Positions 1-10,768 of a stretch of DNA of 64,000 nucleotides are shown here, in pieces. Below the pieces are notes generated by a model, which saw nothing but the letters and a program-made list of their open reading frames with translations, made no database searches and was not told where the DNA came from. The translations under genes were made by a program, and so were the position numbers. The DNA is from Podarcis muralis. Lineage: Eukaryota. The DNA lies in the NCBI RefSeq assembly GCF_964188315.1, contig NC_135672.1, forward strand, positions 13,826,001-13,890,000, given 5' to 3'. Position 1 is the stretch's first letter, and each line of letters opens with the position of its first letter.

Positions 1-169
1 AGAGAAGGGGCACCCATTGCCCAGCACCCGCAGGGCAAGCCAGGGCCTGCATGCCCTGACCAAGGGCGGGAGGAGGAAAAGACTCCGCTCAGGATTTGCA
101 GAGCCTTTTCTTCTCCCCTCAAAGATTTAGGTTTAGGGTCAGAGTTTCCCTTCTCCCAGATGGGCTCCA

Positions 170-333
170 GAGAGCCAGTGTGGTGTAGTGGTTAAGACTC
201 GTAATCTGGTGAACCGGGTTCGCGTCTCCGCTCCTCCCCATGCAGCTGCTGGGTGACCTTGGGCTAGGCACACTTCTCTGAAGTCTCCCAGCCCCACTCA
301 ACTCACAGGGAAAGGAGTTTGTGAGCCGCTTGG
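170..333 (+). mobile_element. tRNA-derived MIR/CORE-like SINE (Squam3-like), internally deleted
   Basis: gagagccagtgtggtgtagtggttaag...gggttcg...gtgaccttgggctag; Pol III A and B box remnants. Confidence 0.7.
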
Positions 334-344
334 ACTACTGCAGT

Positions 345-574
345 GGGCCAGATTTGATAAAGTGAAGGGCCGTGGGTTGTTGACCTTTTTTAAGGATTTT
401 TACCCAAAAGTTGTTCAGCTTTTTAGGGTTGAAGTTGGCGAGCTTCTTTTAGGATTGAATGAAGCTGTTCAGGTTTTTTGAGGATTTTACCCAGGAAATA
501 AACTGCTGCAGGGGCCAGATTAAACTGACCGGCAGGCTGGATCAAGCCCCCGAAACAGACTTTGAACATGCCTG
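345..574 (-). mobile_element. hAT-type MITE (Charlie/Tip100-like end), same family as 3609-3909
   Basis: Ends ggactttgaacatgcctg-like; internal aagttgttcagcttttt repeats are the reverse complement of those at 3609-3909. Confidence 0.65.
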
Positions 575-577
575 GGC

Positions 578-826
578 TACTGCCATGCGCTCTCCGTGGG
601 GCAACCTTGGAAGGTGACCCCGAAACTGCAACTAATCCAGAATGTGGCAGCCAGACTGGGGACTGGGAGTGGAGACCATATAACACCAGTCCTGAAAGAC
701 CTACATTGGCTCCCAGGACGTTTCTGAGCACAATTCAAAGGGTTGGGGCTGACCTTGAAAGCCGTAAATGGCCCAGTATCCCTGATGGAGCATCTCCACC
801 CCGGACACCAGGGTCCATCTCTGGGT
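578..826 (+). mobile_element. L2 LINE 3' fragment
   Basis: Degenerate HITPVLKDLHWLP..F.AQFK.L.LT.KAL coding remnant. Confidence 0.8.
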
Positions 827-1389
827 TCCCCCCCAAGAAGTGAGGTCTTCCCATGCAAGGGAAACCCCTAACTCCCTGAGGGTCTGAGCCCCTCGGCTCC
901 CCTCTCCTGGTTCAGACGACAAGTCAAAGGTGGAAAGATGTGCGCCAGGGTTTCTGAAGCCTGGAGACCCTTCCCCTCCGTCTGCCGCAGCTGCTCAATT
1001 CAACTGAGCCGCTTATCTTCCAACAGGACTAAAAACAGAGCCACAATTCCTTCCCCTTGTTAGAAGAATTTAAGGTCTCCGATATATAAATTTGGTGTTC
1101 ATAAATTTACAAAACAAACACATACATCACTATATAAACTCCAGGAAGTACAGGAAGACAGTCCTGAATCCATTTTGACTCTCCCCAACTGGCCCAAGGA
1201 GGGAGGGAATGACAAAACCTCTCCATTGTCTCTTTGCTCACAAATCCTGCCTTCAGGGCACATTTAAGATACAAATAAGAAACATTGGAGGTCAATTTGG
1301 GAGAGACAAAATGGTTTCAGGACTTTCTTCCTGTACTGTTTCAGACACACGGCTTATATATTTATGTATGTGTTTGCCTGGCACATTTA

Positions 1390-1585
1390 CAGTGGCACCT
1401 CGGGTTACAAACACTTCGGGTTACAGACTCTGCAAACCCAGAAATAGTACTTCAGGTTAAGAACTTTACCTCAGGATGAAAACAGTGGCAGAGGGAGACT
1501 CCATTAGCTAAAGTAGTGCTTCAGGTTAAGAACGGTTTCAGGTCAAGAATGGAACAAATTAAGTTCGTAACCCGAGGCACCACTG
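1390..1585. mobile_element. Tc1/mariner (Tigger-like) MITE with TA target duplication
   Basis: TA|CAGTGGCACCTCGGGTTAC ... GTAACCCGAGGCACCACTG|TA. Confidence 0.85.
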
Positions 1586-1589
1586 TATT

Positions 1590-3560
1590 TTATATCTCAG
1601 ACCTTATAATTCTGATAATAAGAGTAATTAGGCCAGGAATTAAGTGGGAGGCTGAGGCGGAAGGTGGAAAGAGACCATCTCTTTGGGTCTTCTTCCAGTC
1701 CGGTGGGAGAGATGCTTCTAGAAAGAGAAGCCTCCCAAAGCGGAGATCTCTGGGCTCTGTGACTTGGAAGTCCCTCAGGAGTAAGGGACAGAAAGGACCA
1801 CCATGTTCAGAGCCAAAGGATGAAGTGCAAAACAATGAAGTAAAATAACATTGTCGGCTGAAGTCTCCTCAGTTTTAACCCTAGACTTCCTTGTTCAATG
1901 AAACCGTTCTTCTTCATTTGAACAAATCCTGCCAGAGACCCCTAATTGTGAAGTTTTACCTCACGCAAGTCCCTTACAAGACAATCTGAGGGAGTTTGAG
2001 GGAATTGGTGGAAGTGGGCGCCTTGTTTGGAAGCGAGAGGCCGTTGCATATTAATTGGGGGCAGCGCCATGATGCGAAATGAAATTCCACCCAGAAATGT
2101 AGCCAGAGACACAGAAGAACCACTTTAATAAAATACTAATTTGATTAAAAGGAGGGAAATTTCCTGTCAGAAAATGACCATCAAGCGCCAAGCCAGAGAC
2201 TCAGGGTGACCCAGCGCAGAGCTGCTGCATCTGAGGAAAATCCTCAGCCTGAAGGAGAGATGAGGAGACTAAGATTGGACTTGGCTAAAGTGGAAGCAGA
2301 GAAAGAAAAACATCAAGTTGAAGAGAAGTTGTGTTGTGTGAGGAGGGCGCTCCATTTTGAAGCGAGAGAATGGACCCAATGGCGCCAAGGGGAAAAGGGC
2401 CATCACAATATTCCCAAGCCTTTGCAACTTGACCCGTCTCTTCGAATGCTGCTCTCTCCTTTGGAAACTGAGCAAGAGTTTTCTCCGTCTTAGTAATAAC
2501 ACTCTCTATGTTCCTTTTTTCTTTCGGACATCCTTGAGGAAAATAAAATGTTGGAACTGAGCAGGGGCGGGAAAAGCGGTTTTGCTTCTCTGGGCCACAG
2601 ACTCCCAGAAACCGGCCGGTCTAGGCAGCCAGGCAGCCATTGTGAAAGGGAGGAAGGCGGGAAACTCCAGAATCTGAATTGAGAACTGCTGCCATTTTGC
2701 TGAGGCAAAAAGCAGAGAAAGGGAGGGAAAATGCCAGGCGGGAAAGTTCTGCAACCTGCACTAAAAACGAAAGAGAACAAACTCTTTTTGTGCCGGCCGA
2801 GTGATGCTGCAACTCAGGTGATGCTCAAGGACTATTAAACATAACTAATGTAATGAGAATTAGAAGGTCTAAGGTATTATTCATATTAATTGGTGGCAGC
2901 GCCGTGATATGAAGTGAAATCCCACCCAGAAACGTACCCAGAGACACAGAAGAACCAGTTTCATAAAGTACTGGAGTTCTTTGATTAAAAGGAGGGAAAT
3001 TTCCTGTCAGAAAATGACCAGCAAGCGCCAAGCCAGAGACTCAGGGTGACCCAGTGCAGAGCTGCTGCATCTGAGGAAAATCCTTCCCCTGAAGGAGAGA
3101 TGAGGAGACTAAGACTGGACTTGGCTAAAGTTGAAGCAGAGAAAGAAAAACATAAAGTTGAACAGAAGTGGTGTTGTGTGAGGAGGGCGCTCCATTTTTA
3201 AGCGAGAGAACAGCCCAATGGCGCCAGGGGGTAAAGGGCTGTTGCACCCATATTCATTGGTGGCAGCGCCATGATACGAAGTGAAAACCCACAGAGAAAT
3301 GTACCCAGAGACACAGAACAACCACTTTAATAAAATACTAGAGTTATTTGATTAAAAGGAGGAAAGTTTCCTGTCAGAAATGACCAGCAAGCGCCAAGCC
3401 AAAGAGACGCTGCGACTCAGGTGATGCTCAAGGATTACTTGAGAAGCATAACTAATGCTATGAGAATTATGAGGTCTAAGGTGTAAAATACATGTTCATA
3501 AACGTACCAGGCAGACACAGCCATAATTACCTAAACCACATGCCTGATGTAGTCTGATGT
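1590..3560 (+). mobile_element. Decayed LTR retroelement 5' region (LTR end, Leu-type PBS, gag-like start), locally triplicated
   Basis: Three copies of TGG(T/G)GGCAGCG plus leader and a coiled-coil ORF start (MRRLRLDLAKVEAEKEKH). Confidence 0.5.
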
Positions 3561-3608
3561 AGATGCCCCTTCTGTAGATTGCAGGGTGGCAATTTAAAAA
3601 GTCTATAC

Positions 3609-3909
3609 CAGGCGCCTCCAAAGTCCATTTCGGGAGTCTAATCCGGCCCACCGGTTGATTAAATGTGGCCCCCGTTGCCACATTTATGTCCTGGGGTAAA
3701 ATCCCCCCAAAAGCTCAGCAACTTCAATCCTAAAAAAGCTGAACAGCATAACAGCATTGGGGTTAAATCCTAAAGAAAGCTCAACAACTTTGGGGTACAA
3801 TTGTAAAAAGAGCTCAACAACTTCAATCCTAAAAAAAAGCTTTGCTTGGCCCTCACGCATGTTCACTTCATCAAATCTGGCCCTCTTTGGAAAAAGTTTG
3901 GGCATCCCT
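3609..3909 (+). mobile_element. hAT-type MITE
   Basis: Starts CAGGCGCCTCCAAAG, ends AAAAGTTTGGGCATCCCT; internal aaagctcaacaactt subrepeats. Confidence 0.7.
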
Positions 3910-4492
3910 TGGCTACAGGGTGGGCAATTTCAGGAGTCTAAATAAGAGCTTGCACCCCATTGTTCTGGGTTCCTCCTCCCTCCTGTGTGTGGGGAGTGAG
4001 GACCCTGTTGCAACAGATCAATAAAGATCAGGCTCACTAGAAAAACCAGATCAGGCTTACAATCCACTTTGCTTCTCAATATTCTCAGCTTGGCCTCTGG
4101 TAACCTGATATTAACCGCAACCTCAACCCAAATATTGTCCGTCGCCCTCCTGGCTGGGCGCTCACCAACCTGCACCCACAGACACCTAATAATAATAAAA
4201 AATTATTATTATTATTATTATTTATTTATACCCCACCCATCTGGCTGGGTTTCCCCAGCCACTCTGGGCGGCTTCCAACAAAACACTAAAATACAATACC
4301 CTATTCAACATTAAAAGCTTCCCTAAACAGGGATCCCCGCGCATTATTTTTCCTGACCTCCATACTCAGAAAGGACACCGTCGTCCGGCTTCGACGCATG
4401 GTGGCCAAACCTTGGAACGGGCCACCACCTGTTCCTGTCCCTGCAAAGAGGGGGAAAGAAAATGAGAAAAATCTATCTTCAGGGTCGATCCA

Positions 4493-4539
<47 letters not shown>

Positions 4540-4599
4540 TCTTTATTGTCATTGCCCCCTCTTGGGGACAACGAAATTACTTGACTGCTCCATAAAAAC

Positions 4600-5350
4600 A
4601 CTAATTAAACAATACAGTATAGTACAGCAAGGAAGATTAGATGACTTTCAAAGTCCAGAAAGCTCACAACTTAAGTTTTCAATCGGAGCTGGGTTAAAAG
4701 CGCTGACCGCCCAACTTCGTTTTCAATCATAATGCCTCTATCGACTATTTGTCCAAAATGAAAATTTCCTTATTGTGGCCAAGTTGTTCTGACGCTCGAT
4801 CTCGTTTAGGCGCTGGCAAATTAGACTGTTTGCTTTACTAAAACCCAACGTGAGCAGATGTCATGCTGATAAACCACAAGAGTGAAGTTTTTGATGGGCA
4901 ATTTTAGACCAGGCGCTCTTGTGACCTTGCAGCACTAGGGATATTAAACCAGGGGGGGATTTGAGTTTAGGCAAATCCAAGAGTTAAATGACCTACACCG
5001 GATCCCTAATTCTACCGGGGAAGATTAACCTCTAGGCACAATGATGCGTTTGGGACCCAGGGCGGGACAGAGAAAATTTGCCTTAAGAACTTAATAATAA
5101 TAATAATTTTATTATTTATACCCTGCCCATCTGGATATAAATTTGATTGGACAGCTTCCGTAGATCCAAGGTGAGCCTGTCGAAATCTGAGCCCATATAA
5201 TAACTGTGCTAGAGGTTTAGCCTGGAACACTTCCAGGACTGACGGTATATCATGTTTGCACCTTTTTTTTAAACTGATGACAAATGAACCTTTAATTATC
5301 ATTATCACCAGCATGAATGAATACAAAGTAAAGCATTAATATGTACAGAG
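4600..5350 (-). mobile_element. Decayed LINE ORF2 C-terminal fragment (RTEX/Daphne-like, clade uncertain)
   Basis: Minus-strand remnants VLEVFQAKPLAQLLYG and LICQRLNEIERQNNLA; interrupted by an L2 tail near 5090-5130. Confidence 0.45.
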
Positions 5351-5849
5351 GGATAAGATGCCCCCAAACTGCTTGCTGGGTGTCCCCACCCTGAACTTCT
5401 TAGGCTGGTTACAGAGCTTGTTTGCCACCTTTTGTGTGCTTTCCGTATCTGGTGCCCAGAGCCGAAAACACCCCCTCTCTCTTAACAGATTTGGGCATTT
5501 CTTGGACTTACAGTTTGGAGGCCTCTCTCGCTCCTTTTGCTTCTCGAACTCGGACCCCTCGCCTTGCAGGAAACTTCAACACAAAGGCTCTCCCTCCTTC
5601 GCTCGGTGGAGAGGATTGAAAAGGAAGCAAAATAATCCAAGCAGAGGGAGGAGCACCCATGGCATGCAGGCACCTTGGAGCACCCTTCCCCACCCCCTGC
5701 CCCCACCCCACTCCTCCCCAGGGAGTCCTGGCAAGCGTCCCAGCCTGGCAGGAGAAGCGGCGGAAGGGCATGACTGGTTCAACTGGAAGAACCAAAATGG
5801 GGAGGACTCCGGGGTTTGTGCGACTGCCATCCTCATCGTCAACATCACA

Positions 5850-5985
5850 CTATGATAGGATTGTAGATTTGGGTGGGACCTCCAAGGGGCATCTAGTCCA
5901 ACCCCCTCTTTCTGCCCCACGTGAGGCTGTGACCCACAACCCAGAGATCAAGAGCCTCGTGCTCTACCCACTGAGCCATCCAGCC
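5850..5985 (-). mobile_element. tRNA-Lys-headed SINE with CR1-type tail
   Basis: Reverse complement reads gctcagtgggtagagcacgaggctcttgatctctgggttgtggg...ggttggactagatg. Confidence 0.7.
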
Positions 5986-6570
5986 ACTGCTCTTGGCCCC
6001 CCTAAGCCTTTCCCAGCAAAAAGGGAGCCCATTGCTCGAGGACTCTGGCCTCACCCCCCTCCCTGCCAATTGCATTTCAAGACACATTTTTTTTAAAATA
6101 AAAGAAATAAATGATTAATTGGGCGCGTTGGGAAATTAACCCGGAGCCTTGTGACTCCGGTTACAAATTTGCCAAGTCTTGGCGGGCAGAGGGGGCAGCC
6201 TTCCCTGGGTTTAACACCCCACGAGGGATCCAACATGTTATTTCTTATTCCTTCTGAATTCTCAGAGGCCAGGTTTTCCGTCGCGGCACTCTGCACATGC
6301 TCCTAGGCGACGGAGGGGCTCCGCCGGTTGTTTTAATACTGTAAGCCACCCTGTGACGCTCAAGCGAAGGGTGAAGCATTGATTTAATAAGCAATAATAA
6401 TGCTAATAAGTGCAGCTAGCAGCCATCGATAGCCCTCCCTGAATTTGCCCAAAGCCATCCCTGCCTCCTGCAGCCGGGAGTTCCACAGTTTGTCTTATTT
6501 TTGTTTTGATTTTCTTTATTCGGTATTTTATGTGAAATACCCCGAGACCTTCAGGTATAGGGTGGTATAG

Positions 6571-6580
6571 GAAAGAAGGA

Positions 6581-6644
<64 letters not shown>

Positions 6645-6645
6645 A
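6571..6645. repeat. (GAAA)n microsatellite
   Basis: Seen directly. Confidence 0.98.
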
Positions 6646-6963
6646 GGCTTTCCTTTTGTCTGCTAACCCGCTGGGCAGATTCTCTGTTGATGGGCAACCC
6701 TCTCCGGTTTCGAAAGCATCCTCCCTGCTGCCAAAGTGAGTCGGCAGCTGGGCAAAACCAGTCTCCTCTTCGCAGGGACACCCAAAACACACCCTTTGGC
6801 CTGGCGCCATTTATCTTGTCCAGGTTTATTTATTTATTGTTCCCTGGGACGTTTAGAAGGTGCCAGGAAACTCATATTTCTGCCTCTGCGAGGCTGGTGG
6901 AAAGACACTGTCAGCCACAGGCTGGGGAAACCCAGACAGATGGGTTATTGTTATTATTATTAT

Positions 6964-7142
6964 TAGTGCTTTTTTTCTTTTAAAAATGTTTAGGGGTGCT
7001 CTCATTTTGACACAAGAAAACCACCATTTTATAGTTCAAATCAGGGGAAATAAATACAGTAAATGGACAAAGGTACAAAGATTTGCAAAATGTTTAGGGC
7101 TATGCGTGCGTACCCCTGCATCCCCCCCAGAAAGAAGCGCTG
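6964..7142 (+). mobile_element. hAT-like MITE (CAGTGCTTTTTT end family); second copy at 25340-25492
   Basis: Terminal (c/t)agtgcttttttt ... agaaagaagcgctg; shared core accattttatagttcaaatc. Confidence 0.6.
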
Positions 7143-7185
<43 letters not shown>

Positions 7186-7305
7186 TGCCAGTTAAGCTCC
7201 TCCTGCCAAGGAGACCTGCAGGCCAAGCAATTAGGGTGACTAATTAACTCTCAGGCCTCGTTACTTATTAGCCCAACTCCGCAGAGGTGTGCAAAGGAGG
7301 GTGAG

Positions 7306-7747
7306 TGGGGCTGGATTTATACTCATTAAAAAATCACAGGAAAACATGGATCAAGCTCTAGCTTAGGGCCCCACTCTCTTAGGGGCCCCAAAAAAATTAA
7401 AGGGAAAAAACCTGGATGTCCATTTCCAGAATATAAGATAGAAAACCAATAAAACAAAACCTACATCCAGCAACCGTGTTTTATGTTGTGTCGGCTCCTC
7501 GGATGTAAGTCCTGGGCCCCGCCTGCTCCCTAAAATATCCCTGCTTTGCTCCTTTCTATATATAGGGTGCCTACATTCTGCATGTGCAAATGGCTTGAGA
7601 TACCTATTAGGTCCATAAACGACCCTATAGCATATATTCAACCCAAAAAACAGCAACAATTTGCCGTTGACAAAGGACAGCTGGACATAGAAAGGGCTCC
7701 ATTACCTTCAGCAGCTGAGGGCCTCATCAAACCTAAATCCGGCCCTG
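7306..7747. mobile_element. hAT-like MITE (CAG(G/T)GC(C/T)GGATTTA end family)
   Basis: Ends taaatccggccctg; body shared with 12404-12762, 22752-22929 and 24342-24672. Confidence 0.7.
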
Positions 7748-7929
7748 ACTGTGTCCAGTTCTGGGCATTGCAATTTAAGAAGGGTGTCGCGCAGATTTAT
7801 ACTCATTTAAAAAGTTACAGGAAAACACAGATTATGGCTCAACAGCGCCATCTGGTGCCAAATGTCTATAACACAGTCATAACAATATAATTGAGTTTAG
7901 AGTTAATTGAATGTAGCCAAGTCCCAAGA

Positions 7930-8292
7930 TTATCCAGAGTCTGGAAGCCGAGCCTGATGAGGAACCATTGAAGGAGCTGGGCATGTTTACCCTGGGAAAA
8001 AGGAGGGATAGGAGAGCCATCTTCAAATCTCTTAAGGGCTGTCGCATGGAAGAGGGAACATGCTTGTTTTCTCCTGCATCCAGAGGGCAGGACTCGAACC
8101 CGTGGCTTCAAGCTGCATGAGAGGAGATTCCGACTCAACACCATGGGATGGAAGGTGGTGGACTCTCCTTCCTTGAGGGTTTTGAAGCAGAGGTCGGATG
8201 GCCATCTGTCAGGGATGCTTGAGCCGAGATTCCTGCATTGTAGGGGGGTCAGACTGAATGACCGCTGGGGTGTCCCTTCTACGATTCTATGG
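7930..8292 (+). mobile_element. CR1 LINE 3' end
   Basis: gaggaaccattgaaggagctgggcatgttt...ccatcttcaaatctcttaagggctg; tail ctacgattctatg. Confidence 0.85.
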
Positions 8293-8461
8293 CTATAGGA
8301 TTCTGTGCTCTGAACACACCCAGATTAACCAGCATCCAAGAAAGTCACGGGGACAAATTTGGAAACTTTTATTACTATTATTGCACACGCTAAGTGACAG
8401 CAGGATGCGGCCCTTCTTTCGGCAGGCCTTCGGGGGGGAATGGGGTGGAAGGGGAGCCAGG

Positions 8462-8509
8462 CTACTTGGGAGGAAAATGGGCAAATGGAGAACCTTCCGT
8501 GACTTTGCC
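8462..8509 (-). CDS. CIST1: CIST1-like last coding exon GKVTEGSPFAHFPPK*
   Basis: Strong polypyrimidine acceptor ctctttcttccctgcag|; TAG at 8462-8464; minus-strand AATAAA at 8368-8373. Confidence 0.8.
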   Translation of the reverse strand, partial: GKVTEGSPFAHFPPK

Positions 8510-8694
8510 CTGCAGGGAAGAAAGAGAGAAAACAGAGAGGGGAATTAAAGCTGCAGTGAGATTCTGTTGAGATGCCAAAGTTTTTCAACCTTCCCAGCCC
8601 AGGAGGGAAGCGTAGTTTTAACCGCAGCTCCTGAACTGGGGGGGACTTTCCCTCCCCACACAGCCACCCCCCTAAATCCCAGGCGTCTACCCAC

Positions 8695-8852
8695 CATGGG
8701 GACCTCATCCAGCTTCTGGAAGGCCGGCTCCCTCCCCTTGTAACATTTCACCAGGACCACGACAGCGCCAATGAGCAGGATGATCACGAAGATGCAGATG
8801 ATGGCCACCAGGCCGGGTTTCTGGGAAATGGGCGCGTCCTCGCCGGATTCAG
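8695..8852 (-). CDS. CIST1: CIST1-like exon: transmembrane helix (GLVAIICIFVIILLIGAVVVLV) and juxtamembrane tail to LDEVPM
   Basis: Acceptor tctccccaacag|, donor ATG|GTGGGT; 158 nt, phase 1 to 0. Confidence 0.85.
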
Positions 8853-9092
8853 CTGTTGGGGAGACACACGGCTCTGAAGCTTGCCATTGTTTGCCCTGGA
8901 AACAAGCTTTTCGCAGCCCGAGGGCCACATTCCCTTTGGGGGGCCACACCATGGGCGGGACCAGAGGCGAAAGCAGATGGAGCAACATGTATTTTAAAAA
9001 TTACCCTCGTATAGTACATTAGTTTCTGCATGCACACAAACACACACCTGTCAGGAGCGAGTCAGCAGCAAATCGCACTGTTAGCTGTTCAT

Positions 9093-9210
9093 GAGCTCAG
9101 TTGCTGGAGCATCTTAATCTCATGGTTGTGGGTTCGAGCCCCACGTTGGGCAAAAGATTCCTGCATTGCAGCGGGTTGGACTGAATGACCCCCGGGGTCC
9201 TTCCAATTCA
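9093..9210 (+). mobile_element. tRNA-Lys(CTT)-headed SINE with CR1-type tail
   Basis: tcttaatctcatggttgtgggttcgagccccacgttgggc fused to aaagattcctgcattgcag. Confidence 0.75.
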
Positions 9211-9261
9211 GAAATCATCAGTAAGAAAATCCAACAGGAGAGGGGAATTGTGAGGCAACAG

Positions 9262-9748
9262 TGCCACCTGGTGTTGAAGCAATGACTCTTCAACATCAAC
9301 TTCTTTGGACTGGTCATATTGTGCGGATGCCTGATGATCGTCTTCCAAAGCAACTCCTCTATTCCGAACTTAAAAATGGAAAGCGTAATGTTGGTGGTCA
9401 GCAAAAGAGCTTTAAAGACTGTCTCAAGGCAAATTTTTAAAAATGTAGTATACACACTGACGACTGGGAAACACTGGCCTGCGAGGGCTCCAGTTGGAGA
9501 ACAGCCTTTCCCAAAGATGTCGTGGGCTTTGAAGACACTCGAACTCAGGACGCAAGGGAGAAATGTGCCAAGAGGAAGGCACACTTGGCAAATGCTCACC
9601 GTGATCAACTCCCGCCTGGAAACCAATGTCCCCACTGTGGAAGGATGTGGAGATCCAGAATTGGCCTCCACAGTCATGGACTCACTGTTAAAACCGGGTT
9701 TATGGGAAACAATCTTACTCGGCTACGAGGGATCACCAAGGAAGACCT
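9262..9748 (+). mobile_element. RTE-clade LINE 3' fragment; shorter second copy at about 17178-17405
   Basis: GHIVRMPDDRLPKQLLYSELKNGKR and terminal CPHCGRMWRSRIGLHSH zinc finger. Confidence 0.85.
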
Positions 9749-10189
9749 GCAATAAATTCATGTCCCCCGCCTTGCTTCCTGCTCCTTTTCCTGTGCTCTT
9801 CCCAGCCATACAGAGCAGGCAGGAATTCAACCGGTGCAGCCCTGTCATCGCTTCACCTCCATGCTGGAAAGAAAGTTGTACCTTGTCGAATTTCTGCACC
9901 CATCACATAATCTGCAGTGACCGGTGGCTCAGATTCACTCAGGTCCCATTGTGGGGCTTCTTTTGGGAGGTCATTGTCAGGAGTCACTGGACTAGATGGG
10001 ACCCCCTTGGGCCTGATCCAGCTGCAGTCAGACTCTTTGAATCTTCTCACCCTGTGTCTGTTCCAGGTTTTATTTTGTATTCAGAGAAGGAGTTTTGTTT
10101 TTTCTCCAAATACACTGTGCGTCACTAAACACACATGCCTTTTTTAGGTGCCTTTAATACTCTGCTTGGAAGGCAGGATAAAAAGTGGC

Positions 10190-10579
10190 CGCCAAGACCA
10201 CATAACACCGGTCTTGAAAGACCTACGTTGGCTCCCAGTACGTTTCCGAGCACAATTCAAGGTGTTGGTGCTGACCTTGAATGCCCTAAACGGCTCAGTA
10301 GACCTGAAGGAGCGCCTCCACCCCAGACACCGGGGTCCATCTCCCGAGGGCCTTCTGGCGGTTCCCTCCCTGTGAGAGGTGAGGTTACAGGGAACCAGGC
10401 AGAGGGCCTTCTCTGTGGAACACCCTCCCAGCAGATGTCAAGGAAATAAACAACTGTCTGACTTTTAGAAGACATCAGGGAAGTTTCTAATGTTTGAAGT
10501 TTTATGGTGCATTTAATATTCTGTTGGGAGCTGCCCAGAGTGGCTGAGGAAACCCAGCCAGATGGGTGGGGTATAAATA

Positions 10580-10622
<43 letters not shown>
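10190..10622 (+). mobile_element. L2 LINE 3' end with (ATT)n tail
   Basis: DHITPVLKDLRWLPVRFRAQFKVLVLT; tail cccagagtggctgaggaaacccagccagatggg. Similar tails at about 4190-4333 (-), 14175-14395 (+), 20960-21125 (-), 32165-32262 (-), 60990-61050 (+). Confidence 0.85.
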
Positions 10623-10623
<1 letters not shown>

Positions 10624-10768
10624 GCGCAAGCCATCGTGAATGCTCCTCATTCAAAAACCCCTTCTGCGAAAGATACAGGAGCTGTCTACAGGAAGATCAT
10701 AACAGAATCGGAGAACTGTGGAAGGGACCCCACGGGTCATCCAGAGGGCATCCGCACCTGCCTCTCAC

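Noticed and set aside
9093-9150. tRNA-Lys-like sequence as a real tRNA gene (also 5910-5985, 46060-46128, 53647-53730)
   Set aside because: Broken stems and anticodon arms, and direct fusion to LINE-type tails, mark them as SINE heads.
9319-10128. 269-aa ORF
   Set aside because: Off-frame reading of the RTE remnant running into unique sequence; non-ATG start.
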